A stretch of 64,000 nt of DNA from an uncultured delta proteobacterium (GCA_963766715.1 CAVYBH010000011.1:181957-245956), one strand, 5' to 3'; positions 23,023-34,723 are shown, numbered from the stretch's first letter. Notes: generated by a model not told the origin, from the sequence alone. Numbers and translations are program-made.

Positions 23023-23571
23023 ATGCAGGTGAACATCACGTTCCGCCATATCGAGCCCACCGAAGCGCTGAAGGCACACGTGAAGGACAAGGTGGCGCAC
23101 ATCCAGCGGTACGTGGATCGTCCCTCGGAAGCCCACGCCGTGCTCCACCTGGAGAACCTGCAGCACCACGCCGAGATCACCATGAAGGCCGGGCCGTTCT
23201 CGGTCCGCGGGCGGGGCAAGTCGGAGGACATGTACGCCTCCATCGACGCCGCCGCCGACAAGATCGAGCGCCAGCTGAAGAAGCACAAGGAGCGGGTCCG
23301 CAACCACAAGGCGACGCTCATCCCCAAGGACTGGCAGCCGGTCGACATCCGCCACGAGATCCTCGACCAGCCGAGCGACCTGCCCTCGGCCCGGGTGGTG
23401 TCGACCTCGAAGTTCCAGGCCAGGCCGATGAGCCTCGACGAGGCCATCATGCAGATGGACCTGCTGAACAGCCGCTTCTACGTGTTCCAGAACGAGAAGA
23501 CGCGCGCCATCCACGTGGTCTACCGGCGCGACGACGGCAAGCTCGGGCTGATCGAGACCACGCCGGCGTAG
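23023..23571 (+). CDS. hpf: ribosome hibernation promoting factor (long HPF)
   Basis: ITFRHIEPTEAL, DMYASID, KIERQLKKHK, PMSLDEAIMQM, VVYRRDDG. Confidence 0.93.
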   Translation: MQVNITFRHIEPTEALKAHVKDKVAHIQRYVDRPSEAHAVLHLENLQHHAEITMKAGPFSVRGRGKSEDMYASIDAAADKIERQLKKHKERVRNHKATLIPKDWQPVDIRHEILDQPSDLPSARVVSTSKFQARPMSLDEAIMQMDLLNSRFYVFQNEKTRAIHVVYRRDDGKLGLIETTPA

Positions 23572-23725
23572 CGCGACGTCCTCGGTGCCGGCCGTCCTCG
23601 AGGCCGGCGCGCCGGGGGGCTCGTCTCCGCCCGCGCGGGTCCTCCCGCCCTCCCGGGCGTCCCGGATCGCCGCGGGACGCGCGGCGCGGTCGTTCCTTGA
23701 ATCGCGCGGTTGGCCGTGCTAGCCG

Positions 23726-24190
23726 GTGGGAGTGCGCATCGCCGACATCCTGCGTCCCGACTGCGTGATCGCCAATCTCTCCGGCGGCACGGTGGCCTCC
23801 GTCCTCGCAGAGCTGGCGCGGCCGGTGGCCGCGGCGGTCGGGCTGGAAGGGCAGGTGCTCACGGCGGCGCTGCTCGCACGCGAGAAGCTCGGGTCCACCG
23901 GCATCGGGGAAGGCATCGCGGTCCCGCACTGCAAGGTGGCCGGGCTGTCCGCGCTGACCGCCAGCCTGGGACGGTCGGTCGACGGGGTGGACTTCCGCGC
24001 CATCGACGGCAAGCCGTCCCGCGTCTTCGTGGCCCTCTTCGCGCCGGAGCGGGGCGGGGCCGAGCACCTCCAGGCGCTGGCCCGGGTCAGCCGGCTGCTC
24101 AAGCGCCCCGAGTTCCGCAAGGCGCTGCTCGACGCGCCGGACGCGGACGCCATGTACCGGCTGGTGGTCGAGGAGGACGGCCGTCTCTAG
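23726..24190 (+). CDS. ptsN: PTS EIIA (Ntr-type)
   Basis: REKLGSTGIGEGIAVPH, FRAIDGKP, HLQALARVSRLL. Confidence 0.9.
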   Translation: MGVRIADILRPDCVIANLSGGTVASVLAELARPVAAAVGLEGQVLTAALLAREKLGSTGIGEGIAVPHCKVAGLSALTASLGRSVDGVDFRAIDGKPSRVFVALFAPERGGAEHLQALARVSRLLKRPEFRKALLDAPDADAMYRLVVEEDGRL

Positions 24191-24214
24191 GCGGCGCGCC
24201 GTCCCCGGCCCGCC

Positions 24215-24496
24215 TCAGTGCGTCGCGTCGACGAGGACCGCGGCGGGAGAGGCGACGGGCGCCCGCCTGCCGCGCTCCGTACACCCTGGGTGATGGCCGC
24301 TCTTCAGCCCGCACTCGGCGCAGGTGGTCTGGAGCCGGGGCGCCGGGAAGCTTCCGGGCTGCCTGCGCCCGGTGCCGAGGCGCGCATCCAGCCAGGCGGC
24401 GCGCGCCGCGTCCTCCGCGGCGAACCGCGCCGCGATGGTCTCCAGCAGTCCGGATCTCCCGCGATCCCCATCCAGCTCGGGCGTCTGACCAGCCAT
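24215..24496 (-). CDS. small hypothetical protein with CxxC...HHxxC motif
   Basis: SD GGAGG upstream of ATG; MAGQTPELD...TCAECGLKSGHHPGC. Confidence 0.5.
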   Translation of the reverse strand: MAGQTPELDGDRGRSGLLETIAARFAAEDAARAAWLDARLGTGRRQPGSFPAPRLQTTCAECGLKSGHHPGCTERGRRAPVASPAAVLVDATH

Positions 24497-24644
24497 GTCC
24501 GATTTCCTCCCGTTCGATCCGTATCCCGGAATCGAGGGACAGGGATCCGGAACGGCGGGCTGACTCGAAGGAAGCCGCCACATCCGGCGCCACTCCTCCC
24601 ACGCCTGACTACATCCGCACCGACGGTGGATCCGGGGCGGTCCG

Positions 24645-25364
24645 TCAGCGCGCAGCGCCGGCCAGCCGCGTCGCCACCAGCAGCAGGACCGTCGCCGAGA
24701 GGACGAAGCCGAGGTGGCTCGTCTCCACCTCCACGTGCTCCACGCCGGCGTTGCGCCGGTCGATGCAGGCCTGCCAGGAGACGACCCCGTCCCGGCGGGA
24801 GTAGAGGGCCAGGACCGGGCGGGTGAGCGGAACGTCCTCGCGCGAGGCCACGGCGGCCTCGATGGCGTCGAGGTCGACGCCCCGCCGCCGGTAGGCCCGG
24901 GCCGCCAGCGTGTACTTGGGCCCACCCACCACCGGTGCACCCAGCGTGATCACGCGGTCCACGGCGGAGGGCAGGTCCCGTGACGCCTCCCGGGCCAGGT
25001 AGCCGCCCAGGCTCCATCCGACCAGGCGCACCGGGCGGCCGGTCTCCCGGGCGAGCGCCGCCACGCGCTCGACGACCCGAGGGAGGAGCGCCGGGACGTC
25101 TCCGTCGTTCCGTCCCAGCCCCCAGGGCCGGACGTCGTGCCCCAGCCGGGAGAGGTAGGCGCGGAGGATCGCCGTGGCGGCGTCGCCGGTGCCGTAGCCG
25201 GGGAGCACCATCACCGGCCCGCCGTCCCCCCGGGGCGCCCGGGACAGGGACGGCGCACGCAGGAGGAGGCCGGGGAGCTCGAGGAAGCCCAGCACCTCGC
25301 GCCAGGCCGCGCGCCCGCGGGGCGGGCGCAGGAGCTCGGACGACCCGGGCCCCGAGGTCACCAC
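24645..25364 (-). CDS. alpha/beta hydrolase (lipase/PGAP1-like)
   Basis: VLPGYG, GWSLGG, YSRRDGVV, SHLG. Confidence 0.85.
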   Translation of the reverse strand: MVTSGPGSSELLRPPRGRAAWREVLGFLELPGLLLRAPSLSRAPRGDGGPVMVLPGYGTGDAATAILRAYLSRLGHDVRPWGLGRNDGDVPALLPRVVERVAALARETGRPVRLVGWSLGGYLAREASRDLPSAVDRVITLGAPVVGGPKYTLAARAYRRRGVDLDAIEAAVASREDVPLTRPVLALYSRRDGVVSWQACIDRRNAGVEHVEVETSHLGFVLSATVLLLVATRLAGAAR

Positions 25365-25543
25365 CCTGGCGACCGGCCGGGGACGGGATCGGAGCGGCGC
25401 GTGATGCCGGCCCTTCCCGGATCCTCGGCCCCGTCGGTCGCCGCCGGCGCGCCGTTCCAGCTCACCCGCACCGGCCCGAGCGTGAGGAGCGTGACGCCGA
25501 GCGCGAGGAAGACCGCGACGGCCCTGCGAATCCGGGAGACCAT
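25358..25543 (-). CDS. small hypothetical membrane/secreted protein
   Basis: ATG 8 nt after lepB stop; hydrophobic N-terminus AVAVFLALGVTLLTLG. Confidence 0.4.
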   Translation of the reverse strand: MVSRIRRAVAVFLALGVTLLTLGPVRVSWNGAPAATDGAEDPGRAGITRRSDPVPGRSPGW

Positions 25544-25550
25544 GGCCGGG

Positions 25551-26240
25551 CTAGTGGTTCACGGAGTGGGCGATGCGATCCGGCCGGAGACCGCCGGGGC
25601 CCCAGGAGAAGAGCGCGTTCCACGCCCGCCCCTTGATCCGGTCGACCGGCACCGGCCCGAAGACGCGGCTGTCGGCGCTGTGATCGCGGTGGTCGCCCAC
25701 CAGGAAGACGGTGCCGGCGGGAACCACGGTGGGCGGGATGTCGCCGCACTCGATGCCGGGCGTGCAGTAGGTGAGGTAGCGGTGCTTGCCGAGCTGCTCC
25801 TCGGCGGCCACGCACTTCTCCTCGCGCCAGGGGCCGCCCTCCAGCCGGTTCTGGTAGACGCAGCGGCCGGGCCGGTCCTCGCGCGGCACGGGCGAGCCGT
25901 TCAGCCAGAGCGCGCCGTCCTTCACCTCGACGGTGTCGCCCGCCACGCCCACCACCCGCTTGATGAGGTCGTCGTTGCGGGGGTTGCCGGGCGGGGCGAG
26001 CAGCACGACGATGTCGCCGCGGGCCGGGGACGACCACATGGCTTGTGCACGGTCCGTGAATGGCAGGCGGGCCCCGTAGGCCCATTTCTCCACCACCACG
26101 TAGTCGCCGATCTGCAGCGTCGGGATCATGGACCCCGACGGGATGTAGACCGCCTCGTAGAGCAGCGTCCGGAATGCCAGCACGGCGAGGATGGTGATGA
26201 CCCAGCCCTGGATCTCGCGCTTGACCTTGGCCTTGTCCAC
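25551..26240 (-). CDS. lepB: signal peptidase I
   Basis: IPSGSMIPTLQIGD, RGDIVV, LIKRVVG, GDHRDHSADSR. Confidence 0.93.
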   Translation of the reverse strand: MDKAKVKREIQGWVITILAVLAFRTLLYEAVYIPSGSMIPTLQIGDYVVVEKWAYGARLPFTDRAQAMWSSPARGDIVVLLAPPGNPRNDDLIKRVVGVAGDTVEVKDGALWLNGSPVPREDRPGRCVYQNRLEGGPWREEKCVAAEEQLGKHRYLTYCTPGIECGDIPPTVVPAGTVFLVGDHRDHSADSRVFGPVPVDRIKGRAWNALFSWGPGGLRPDRIAHSVNH

Positions 26241-26260
26241 GTCGTCCTGCGGCCCCTTCC

Positions 26261-27487
26261 CTACTCCGTACGCATGGCCTCGACCGGGTCGAGGCGGCTG
26301 GCGCGGATGGCGGGGTAGATGCCGAAGACGACGCCTGCCCCGGATGCGGAAAGCAGGGAGAGTAGCACCGCCCAGGCCGGGACGCTCGCCGGAATGTCCC
26401 ACACCTCGCGGGCCAGGATGGCCCCGCCGGCGCCCAGCAGCACGCCCAGGATGCCGCCCAGGAGCGAGAGCGTGACCGCCTCGATGACGAACTGGGAGAG
26501 GATGCGGCGACGCCGGGCCCCCAGCGCCATGCGCACGCCAATCTCGCGGGTCCGCTCCGCCACCGAGACCAGCATGATGTTCATGACCCCGATGCCGCCC
26601 ACCACGAGCGCCAGCAAGGTCACCGCGAAGGTGGCGGCCGCCACCACCGCGGCGAACTGGTTGAAGGTGCCGGTCATGGTCTCGTTGCTGTAGATGTCGA
26701 AGTCGTTCTCCTGCAGGCCGCGCAGGCCGCGCATGGCGCGGAGCCGGGCGATGACCTCGTCCTGGGCCTTGTTGAAGTCCTCGGGGGTCAGGGCCTGGAT
26801 GGCGATGTTGTGGTTCGTGACCCGGCCGAGCACCTGGTAGTAGGGGTCGAGCGGGATGATCACCCACCCGTCCTGGCTGCCGCCCAGCGTGGCGCCGCGC
26901 CGCTCGGCGACGCCCACCACCGTGAAGGGAGACGAGCGGATGCGGATCTCCTTGCCCACCCCGCTCTCGCCGGGGAACAGGACGTCGGCCACGTCGGCGC
27001 CCAGCACCGCCACCCGGCCGCCAGTGGCGACGTCGGTGTCGGTGAAGAAGCGGCCGTCGGCGATGGTGACGGCGTTGGCGTACTGGTAGTCGGGGACGCC
27101 GCCGCCCACCTGGATGCTCGGCTTGGTGGCCCGGTCCCGGGTGGAGATCCGCTCGGGGTTCCGGTGGTAGGCCTCGATCGACACGTGGCCGACGTGCGGC
27201 AGCGATCGCAGCGCCTCGCCCTGCTCGCGCGTGAGATCGCGCCGCTTGGCGTACTTGGCGCGGTCGATGTGGCCGAAGGTGGCCGGCCACTTCTGCACCT
27301 GGAACGAGCCGGCCCCCAGCCCCTCGAGGTCCTTGTTCACGCTGATGCGGAAGCCCTCCACGAGCGACATCATGGCCACCACGGTGGCGGCGCCGATGAC
27401 GATGCCCAGCAGGGTGAGAAGCGAGCGCAGCGGGTTTCCCCGCAACGTGCTGAAGGCCAGCCCCAGGTTGTCGACGAAGCCCTTCAT
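26261..27487 (-). CDS. MacB-like ABC permease
   Basis: [48 protein letters not shown]. Confidence 0.93.
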   Translation of the reverse strand: MKGFVDNLGLAFSTLRGNPLRSLLTLLGIVIGAATVVAMMSLVEGFRISVNKDLEGLGAGSFQVQKWPATFGHIDRAKYAKRRDLTREQGEALRSLPHVGHVSIEAYHRNPERISTRDRATKPSIQVGGGVPDYQYANAVTIADGRFFTDTDVATGGRVAVLGADVADVLFPGESGVGKEIRIRSSPFTVVGVAERRGATLGGSQDGWVIIPLDPYYQVLGRVTNHNIAIQALTPEDFNKAQDEVIARLRAMRGLRGLQENDFDIYSNETMTGTFNQFAAVVAAATFAVTLLALVVGGIGVMNIMLVSVAERTREIGVRMALGARRRRILSQFVIEAVTLSLLGGILGVLLGAGGAILAREVWDIPASVPAWAVLLSLLSASGAGVVFGIYPAIRASRLDPVEAMRTE

Positions 27488-28731
27488 TCGTAGCGCAACG
27501 CCTCCACCGGATCGAGGTTGGCGGCCCGCCAGGCCGGCCAGATGCCGAAGACGAGGCCGGTCGCCGTGGAGAAGGCGATGCCGAAGACGATCGCCGAGGG
27601 CGTGGCCGCCGCCGCCAGCGGCGAGAGCAGCGCCACCAGCTGCGCCACACCCAGCCCCAGCGCGGTCCCCAGCGCGCCGCCCAGCGCAGCCACCGCCGCC
27701 GACTCGATGAGGAACTGGGTGAGGATGGTGCTGCGGCGCGCCCCCAGCGCGCGGCGAACGCCAATCTCCCGGGTCCGCTCGTGCACCGAGACCAGCATGA
27801 TGTTCATGATGCCGATGCCGCCCACGATGAGGGTGATGAGGCCCACGCCGATGGCCATGCCGTAGAGGGCGCTCGTCAGCTGCTTGTAGAGCTTGAGGAA
27901 CTGCTCCTGGCGGTTGAAGGCGAAGTCGTCCGGCTTGCCGGGCAGGACGTTGCGGGCGCGCCGCAGGATGGGGGTGAGCTCGCTCTCCAGCTCGGCGATC
28001 TTGCCGGGAGGCGCGGCCACCGAGAGCACCATGTTGCGCTGGCTGCCGAAGATGCGGCCGAAGCTGGAGTAGGGCATCACCGCCACGTTGTCGAGCGGCA
28101 TGCCGAGCAGCTGCCCCTGCCGCTCCAGGACGCCGACCACCTGGAAGGTGCGGCCGGCGATGAGCACCTTCTTCCCGACCGCGGCCGCCACCGGCTCGTC
28201 GGGGAAGAGCCGGTCGACCACGTCGGTGCCGAGCACGACCGCCGGGCGGGCCAGGTCGATGTCGCCCGCCACCAGGAAGCGGCCGGCCTGGACCGAGCCG
28301 CCGTTGGCGTTCAGGTACTCCTCGCTCGTGCCGCGGATGACCACGCTCTCCAGCTCGACGCCCCCGCGCGCCACCTTGCCGCGGATGCCGGACATGGGGG
28401 CCACCGACACCGCCAGCTGCGACTCGCGCTGCACGGCCTTCAGCTCGGTGACCGTGATCTTCTTGCGGTTGCGGTACATCCACCAGGTGTCGTCGTTCTG
28501 GATCCAGGGCTGGCGGTCCACGTAGAGCGTGTGGGCCCCGAGGAACTGGATCTGCTCCTCGAAGCTGCGGTCGAGCCCCTGGATGATGGCCACGATGGCG
28601 ATCACCGTGGAGACCCCGATGACGATGCCGAGCGTGGTGAGGAAGGTGCGCAGCCGCGCGCCCGCCAGCGCCCCGAAGGCGATCCGGAAGCTCTCCAGGA
28701 GCTCCCCCCAGGCGCGACGGAGCCACCTCAC
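27484..28731 (-). CDS. MacB-like ABC permease
   Basis: [43 protein letters not shown]. Confidence 0.93.
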   Translation of the reverse strand: MRWLRRAWGELLESFRIAFGALAGARLRTFLTTLGIVIGVSTVIAIVAIIQGLDRSFEEQIQFLGAHTLYVDRQPWIQNDDTWWMYRNRKKITVTELKAVQRESQLAVSVAPMSGIRGKVARGGVELESVVIRGTSEEYLNANGGSVQAGRFLVAGDIDLARPAVVLGTDVVDRLFPDEPVAAAVGKKVLIAGRTFQVVGVLERQGQLLGMPLDNVAVMPYSSFGRIFGSQRNMVLSVAAPPGKIAELESELTPILRRARNVLPGKPDDFAFNRQEQFLKLYKQLTSALYGMAIGVGLITLIVGGIGIMNIMLVSVHERTREIGVRRALGARRSTILTQFLIESAAVAALGGALGTALGLGVAQLVALLSPLAAAATPSAIVFGIAFSTATGLVFGIWPAWRAANLDPVEALRYE

Positions 28732-29489
28732 GCCGCCGCTCCAGGAGCCGGGGCGGGCGTGTGGGGCGGGGCCTGCGGCACGCCCAGGGCGGCCACCTCG
28801 GCCCCCGGACCGTCGGCCACCACGCGGCCGTCGGAGAGCCGGATGGCCCGCGGGCAGCGCGCCGCGAGGCGCGGCTCGTGGGTGACGAGCAGGATGGTGT
28901 GCCCGCGCTTGTTCAGCTCGCCGAAGAGCCGGATGATCTCCTCGCCGGTGGCGCTGTCCAGGTTGCCGGTGGGCTCGTCGGCCAGCAGCAGGGACGGGGT
29001 TCCCACCAGCGCCCGGGCGATGGCCACGCGCTGGCGCTGTCCGCCGGAGAGCTCGTTGGGGCGGTGGTGCATCCGGTTCGCGAGCCCGACGGCCTCGAGC
29101 GCCGCGACGGCCTTCTCGCGCCGCTCCTTGCGCGGGATGCCGCGGTAGACGAGCGGCAGCTCGACGTTGGCGAGCGCGGTGGACCGGGGGAGCAGCTGGA
29201 AGGTCTGGAAGACGAAGCCGATCTCCTGGTTGCGCAGGTCGGCCAGCTGGTCGTCGGTGAGCTTCTCCACGTCGTGCCCGTTGATCCGGTAGGAGCCCGC
29301 GCTGGGCGTGTCGAGCGCGCCGATCAGGTTCATCAGCGTGGACTTGCCCGAGCCGGACTGGCCCACCACCGCCACCCACTCGCCGCGGCGCACGTCGAAG
29401 GAGACGCCGTCGAGGGCGCGCACCTCCTCCTGGCCGACCGTGTAGGTGCGGGTCAGGTTCTCGACGGAGATGAGGGGAGCCTCGGTCAC
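28728..29489 (-). CDS. MacB/LolD-type ABC ATP-binding protein
   Basis: [30 protein letters not shown]. Confidence 0.95.
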   Translation of the reverse strand: MTEAPLISVENLTRTYTVGQEEVRALDGVSFDVRRGEWVAVVGQSGSGKSTLMNLIGALDTPSAGSYRINGHDVEKLTDDQLADLRNQEIGFVFQTFQLLPRSTALANVELPLVYRGIPRKERREKAVAALEAVGLANRMHHRPNELSGGQRQRVAIARALVGTPSLLLADEPTGNLDSATGEEIIRLFGELNKRGHTILLVTHEPRLAARCPRAIRLSDGRVVADGPGAEVAALGVPQAPPHTPAPAPGAAA

Positions 29490-30826
29490 GACCCGCTGGC
29501 TCCCTTCTTGGCCTCGCCGGAGACCTTGGGGGCCTCCTTGTCCTTCGCCTTGTCCTTCTCCGGCTTCTCCTCCTTCACCGGCTTGCCGTCGGCCAGGTCG
29601 CGGGAGAGCAGCTTGTAGGGCCCCTCGACGATGACGTCGCCCTCCTTCACGCCGCTGGTGAGCTCGATGTCGTTCTCGCTGGCGAGGCCGGTCTCGACGC
29701 GGCGGACCTTGGCCTTGCCGTCCTCCACCACGAAGACGACCTTCTGCATCGGCTCGCGGCCGACCTTCTTCGCGTCCGGGGTGCCCGCGGGCGCGGCGCC
29801 CTCGGGGGGCGGCCCGCCGTCCTTCTGATCCTTGCCGGCGCCGAGCTGCTTCTCGGTGCGCACCGTCACCGCCTGCAGGGGGACGATGAGGGCCTGGTCA
29901 TGGGTCTCGGTCGAGATGGTGGCCTGGCCGCTCATGCCCGGCAGCGCGCCCGAGACGTTCGTCGTGAGGGCGATGCGGACCGGGAAGGTGGTGACCTCGG
30001 CCTCGGTGCCGGCGTTCTTCACCGTGGCGTTCTTGGCGATCTCGATGACCTGGGCCGGGAACTTCCGGTCGGGGAAGGCGTCGATCTCGATCTCGGCCGG
30101 ATCGCCCTCGTGCAGGTAGACCACCTCGTGCTCGCCGACCTCGACCTTCATCTCCATGCTGGAGAGGGTGGCGATGATGACGATGGGATCCTCGTTGAAG
30201 TCGGAGCCGCGCACCCGCTCGCCCACCTGCTTGAGCCGCGAGGTGAGGATGCCGTCGATGGGGGCGGTGAGGGTGGTGAAGGAGAGGAGGTAGCGGGCCT
30301 CGGAGAGGCTCGCGGTGGCGTTCCGGACCCGGTCCTTGGCGGCCTGGACCCGGGCGAGCGCGCCGTCGCGCTCGGCGACCGCCCGCTCCAGCTCGGCGGT
30401 GCTCGCGCTGTCGGCCTTGACGAGCTTCTCGACCCGCTTGAGGTCGGCCTCGAGCTTGGCGAGGTTCACCTCCTCGAGCGAGAGCTCGGACTTCGCGCTC
30501 TGCTCCATGGCCTCGCGCTGGTGCAGCTGGGCCTCGTAGCGGCGCGCGTCGATGCGCCCGATGTACTGCCCCTTCTTGATGGTGTCGCCCTCCCGCACCG
30601 GCAGGTCGAGCAGGTCGCCGGACAGGTTGGAGGAGAGCTTCACCTGCGTGGCGGCCTGCAGCTTCCCGGCCGCCGCCACCTTGCGGGTGATGGGGCCCTT
30701 GCGGACCGCGGAGGTCTGCACGGTGACGGGCGGATCCTTCTTGGGCGCCAGCGAGGCGGCGACGATGCCGACGACGGCGAGCACGAAGACGGCGGCGATG
30801 ATGCGCTTGGTCCAGGACATGGCCAA
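29486..30826 (-). CDS. efflux periplasmic adaptor (MacA-like)
   Basis: N-terminal TM, VREGD lipoyl-like motif, coiled hairpin, APIDG, PGMSG, VPLQAV. Confidence 0.92.
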   Translation of the reverse strand: MAMSWTKRIIAAVFVLAVVGIVAASLAPKKDPPVTVQTSAVRKGPITRKVAAAGKLQAATQVKLSSNLSGDLLDLPVREGDTIKKGQYIGRIDARRYEAQLHQREAMEQSAKSELSLEEVNLAKLEADLKRVEKLVKADSASTAELERAVAERDGALARVQAAKDRVRNATASLSEARYLLSFTTLTAPIDGILTSRLKQVGERVRGSDFNEDPIVIIATLSSMEMKVEVGEHEVVYLHEGDPAEIEIDAFPDRKFPAQVIEIAKNATVKNAGTEAEVTTFPVRIALTTNVSGALPGMSGQATISTETHDQALIVPLQAVTVRTEKQLGAGKDQKDGGPPPEGAAPAGTPDAKKVGREPMQKVVFVVEDGKAKVRRVETGLASENDIELTSGVKEGDVIVEGPYKLLSRDLADGKPVKEEKPEKDKAKDKEAPKVSGEAKKGASGS

Positions 30827-30839
30827 CGGTTCCTTTCGG

Positions 30840-32205
30840 CTACAGCGCGCCGCCCACGGCGCGGTTCAGGTCGGCGCGGGCGATGATGGCGTCGATGCGG
30901 GCCTGCAGGAGCGAGAGCTCGGCCCGGGTGAGGTTGAGCAACGCGTCGCGGATCTCCACCTGCGTGGCCGCGCCCGCCTCGAAGCGGCGCTTGGCGAGCA
31001 GGAGGCTCTCGCGGGCGGACTTGAGGTTCTCCTCGGCCAGCGCGGCGGAGGCGGAGAGGGTCTGGTAGCCGGAGCGGGAGTGCGCGATCTCGCTCGTGAC
31101 CTGCAGGAAGGACTGCTCGGCCTGGAGGCGGGCGCGCTCGTCGTTCAGGTTGGCGCGCTGCACGTTGGCGCTCGTGGTCCGCCCCTCGAAGAGGTTCCAG
31201 TTCACGGCGATGCCGAAGGTGGCCACGTACTGGCCGGTGGGATCCCCGTACACGCCCTGCGGGCCGGCGATGTAGGGCCCCTGGCGGTTGTAGCTGGCCT
31301 GGGCGCCCACGCTCGGCCAGTAGCCGGCCTGGGCGACGCGGATTCCCTCCGCCGCGGCCTTGATCCGCTGCTCGTCGGCCGAGAGGAGCGGGCGCTTGCG
31401 CTTGGCCAGGTCGACGAGGGAGGCCTGCTCCGGCGGCTCCTGGAAGGTGGAGGCCTCGAGGGTGCCGGGCGGGACCACGTGGAGCTCGGGATCGGCGCCG
31501 CGGCCGAGGACGAGCGACAGCGCCACCCGCGCGTCGGCGACCCGGGAGAGCTGCTGCTCGGCGGAGATGCGGTCGTTCCCGAGCGTCACGCGCGCGGCGT
31601 AGGTGTCGCTGCGCGGGGCGCGCCCGGCCTCGTAGAGGGCGTCGGTGCGCCGGACCAGCTCCTCGCTCCGCGCCACGGCCTCCTGGAGCACCTTGAGGCT
31701 CCGCTCGGCGCGGACCACCTCGTAGAAGCGCCGGATCACGTCGAAGGAGACGTTGAGCGAGGCCTCGTCGTAGGACTTGTCGGCGGCCCGCAGGAGCGCC
31801 TTCGTCCGGGCGATGTTCGCCCAGTTCCGCATGCCGTCGAAGAGCGGCACCTGGAGCGTGAGCCCGAGCGCGTAGGACTCCACGTCGTTGGCGGGGATCT
31901 TCTGCAGCGAGAACTTGTAGGCCGAGGGTCTGGCTGCCGTCGGGGTTGGTGACGATGTAGGGGATCGAGATGTTCTGCGTGCTGGGCGCGGTGTAGATGT
32001 TGCCGAAGTTGGCGGCCAGGTCGAGCCGGGGCAGCACGCCCGCCCAGCTGGCGTACTCGTCCACGCCGGCCAGCGCGCGGTCGGTCCCGGCGAGCTTCAG
32101 GTCCACGTTGGCCTGGGCGGCCGCGGCGAGCGCCTCGTCGAGCGTGATGGGAGGGGCTTCGGCGGCGGCGAGCGCCAGCGGCAGCAGGAGGAGGATCGGA
32201 TGCAT
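30840..32205 (-). CDS. TolC family outer-membrane efflux protein (frameshift near 31900)
   Basis: Signal peptide plus ITLDEALAAA; QVPLFDG, WNLFEG, RFEAG, LNRAVG. Confidence 0.9.
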
Positions 32206-32207
32206 GT

Positions 32208-32915
32208 CTACCTCGCGCCCCCGAGGATGGGCAGCGCAACGCGGAAGACGGCGACGTAGGCGAGCCAGAGGACGGTGACGGTCACGAGCGCGCGCGTGCG
32301 CGAGACCCGCGCCACCCCGGCCATGCCCGCCACCACCAGCCAGACCGCCCAGAGGGAGAACAGGTCGACCGCGCCCAGGAACGAGGCGAGCGGCCCCTGC
32401 GCGCCGGCGGGCAGCAGGATCCCCAGGTTGGAGGGGAGGAGCGTGGCGAGCTGCTCGGGCATGAGCGTCCCGCGGACGAGCAGCGCCGGGACGGCGAGCA
32501 GCGCCTCCACGGCGCCCGGGAGCAGCGCCCAGCACATCACCGTGAAGGTCTGCGCGAAGCCGGGCTTCGCCCCCACCACCTTGAACGCCATCCAGACCCA
32601 GAAGGCGCCGAGGAGGGCCGTGAGCCCCGTCCCGAAGGCGGCCCCGGTGTAGGCGGCGAGGGCGGCCACCTTGCGGGCCTGCTCCAGCTTCACCTCGCGA
32701 TCGTGCGGCGACATCTGCGCCGCGCCCTCGCTGCGGTCGATCGCGTCGGCGGCCGCCCGCTCGAAGTCGATGCGGGGCACGGCCACGATCGAGAAGAGCA
32801 GCGCGGCGGCGGTGGCGAAGAGGAGCGGCACCCAGTAGCGCCGCTGCTCCGCGGCGAGGGGAAGCTCTCTGGTGGGGTGGAGAAGTGGCGACTGCGCGAG
32901 CGTCTCGGCGGACAT
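32208..32915 (-). CDS. Yip1-family (YknW-like) membrane protein
   Basis: LLHP, multi-TM, DLFSLW; first gene of the export operon. Confidence 0.8.
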   Translation of the reverse strand: MSAETLAQSPLLHPTRELPLAAEQRRYWVPLLFATAAALLFSIVAVPRIDFERAAADAIDRSEGAAQMSPHDREVKLEQARKVAALAAYTGAAFGTGLTALLGAFWVWMAFKVVGAKPGFAQTFTVMCWALLPGAVEALLAVPALLVRGTLMPEQLATLLPSNLGILLPAGAQGPLASFLGAVDLFSLWAVWLVVAGMAGVARVSRTRALVTVTVLWLAYVAVFRVALPILGGAR

Positions 32916-32942
32916 TGGGCTCCCGAAGCGGACCGACGCCCC

Positions 32943-32968
32943 AACGTGGGAGGAGCGGCCTTATTTCA
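32943..32968 (-). promoter_or_regulatory. putative ECF sigma promoter
   Basis: Minus strand TGAAAT-N16-CGTT, ending 28 nt upstream of the Yip1 ATG. Confidence 0.5.
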
Positions 32969-33104
32969 GAGGGGAGGTCGAGCGGGGGGGCGAGAGGGAA
33001 GGATGGGTGGAGAACCTGCCGGATTCCCGAGTCATTCCAGGGAACGCGCGTGGGGTCGTCCTAACACGGGACGGCCCCGGGTGCCACGATCCGCGACAGG
33101 CCCC

Positions 33105-34626
33105 CTATCGGCCGACCGAGAGCTCCAGGCGCTTGCCGAAGACCTGCCGGAAGAGCGCGGCCTCGCGCCCCGCGTCCCAGAATCTCCAGGTCGATGGGGT
33201 GGCGCGACCGCAACGCGAGCCGGACCGCCCCGCCGGTCACCTGGGCCCGGGACGAGCGGACGAGCTGGTGGTGGCTGCGATCGCAGGAGTCGGCGAGCCG
33301 CAGCAGCGTCGCGAGCTTCCGCACGGTGCGGAACTCGGCGGGCGACAGCGTGGCCAGGTCGGGCCGCTCCCGGTCGGGCGGGCTTCGCCGGTGGTAGCGC
33401 GCCACCAGCGCCACCAGCATGCGCTCCCGGTCGGAGAAGCCCGGGATGTCGCCGTTCGCGACCAGGTAGAAGGTGTGCTTGTGGTGCTTGGAGTACGAGA
33501 CGGCGCTGCCCACGTCGTGGAGCAGGGCCGCTGCCTCCAAGATGGGCCGGGCCGAGGCCGGCAGCCCGTGCACCCCGGCCAGGTCGTCGAAGAGCCCGAG
33601 CGCCACGTGCGTCACCTGGTCGGCGTGGGCCTCGTCGAAGGCGAAGCGGCGGCCCAGGGCCCGGGACGCCTCGGCGGTGCTCGCGTCGGGCGCGTCCCGC
33701 CCCTGCCGCTCCTGCATGTCGACGAGCAGCCCCTGCCGCAGCCCGGTCTCGACCGCGGTCACGCTCTCCAGGCCGAGCCGCTCGACGAGGGCCTCGAGCA
33801 CCACCGCCCCGGCCACCACGATCTCCCCGCGCCGCGCGTCGAAGGTGCGCCGCCGCTCCTCGAGCCCCATGGCGGCGAGCAGCTCGACGGCGCGCCGGAT
33901 GCGCTTGCGGGTGGCCACGCGGCGCCCGCCCTCCGCGGCGAAGGAGACGATGGTGCCGATGGTGCCCGAGCTGCCGAGCGCGCGGCGCGGGTGGGCGAAG
34001 CGGGGCAGCGAGCGCTGGAACGCCTCCGCCGCGAAGGTGCGCATGAGCTCGAGTCGCTTGCTCGGCACCTTGCCCGACGAGTCGAAGGTCTCGGTGAGGC
34101 GCACCGACCCGATGGCCACGCTGAAGAGGCTCGTCGGGTGGTCGCCCACCGCCACCGCAATCTCGGTGGAGCCGCCCCCGATGTCGACGACGAGGTTGTG
34201 GGCCCGGGGCGGCTGGCCTCGGAGCACGCCGAGCGCGATGAGGCGCGCCTCCTCCTTTCCGGAGATGACCTCGAGCTCGAGCCCCGTCGCCTTCCGCACC
34301 CGGGCGACGACGTCCGGGCCGTTCTTCGCCTCGCGGATGGCGCTGGTGGCGACCGCACGGACCCGCGCCCGGTGGCGCCGGGCCAGCGCGGCGTAGCGGC
34401 GCAGCGTGGACAGGAGCCGCGCCTCCACCTCGCGCGGGATGCGGCCGGTCTTGAAGACCCCCTCGCCGGGCCGGACGGGATCTCGCTCGGAGTGGACGAG
34501 GTCGAACGACCCGTCGGGCATGGGGCGGGCCAGCTCGAGCCGGACCGCGTTCGTCCCCACGTCGATGGCTCCCAGGATCCGGGAGTGGCCGCTGCGGGCG
34601 GAGGACGCGCTGCGGGAGGTGGGCAC
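33105..34626 (-). CDS. ppx: Ppx/GppA exopolyphosphatase with HD domain (frameshift near 33185)
   Basis: IDVGTNAVRL, ATSAIREA, EEARL, DIGGGSTE, GLRQG, LLHDVG; shifted tail EAALFRQVFGKRLEL. Confidence 0.92.
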
Positions 34627-34723
34627 GGGGGACGAGGCTAGCGCGCCTCGAGCGGAATGACGCCCGAAATCGGCCCGCGCCGCATCGCTGGCCAGGAGGA
34701 GCCGGGCGGCTTAGAAGTCACTG

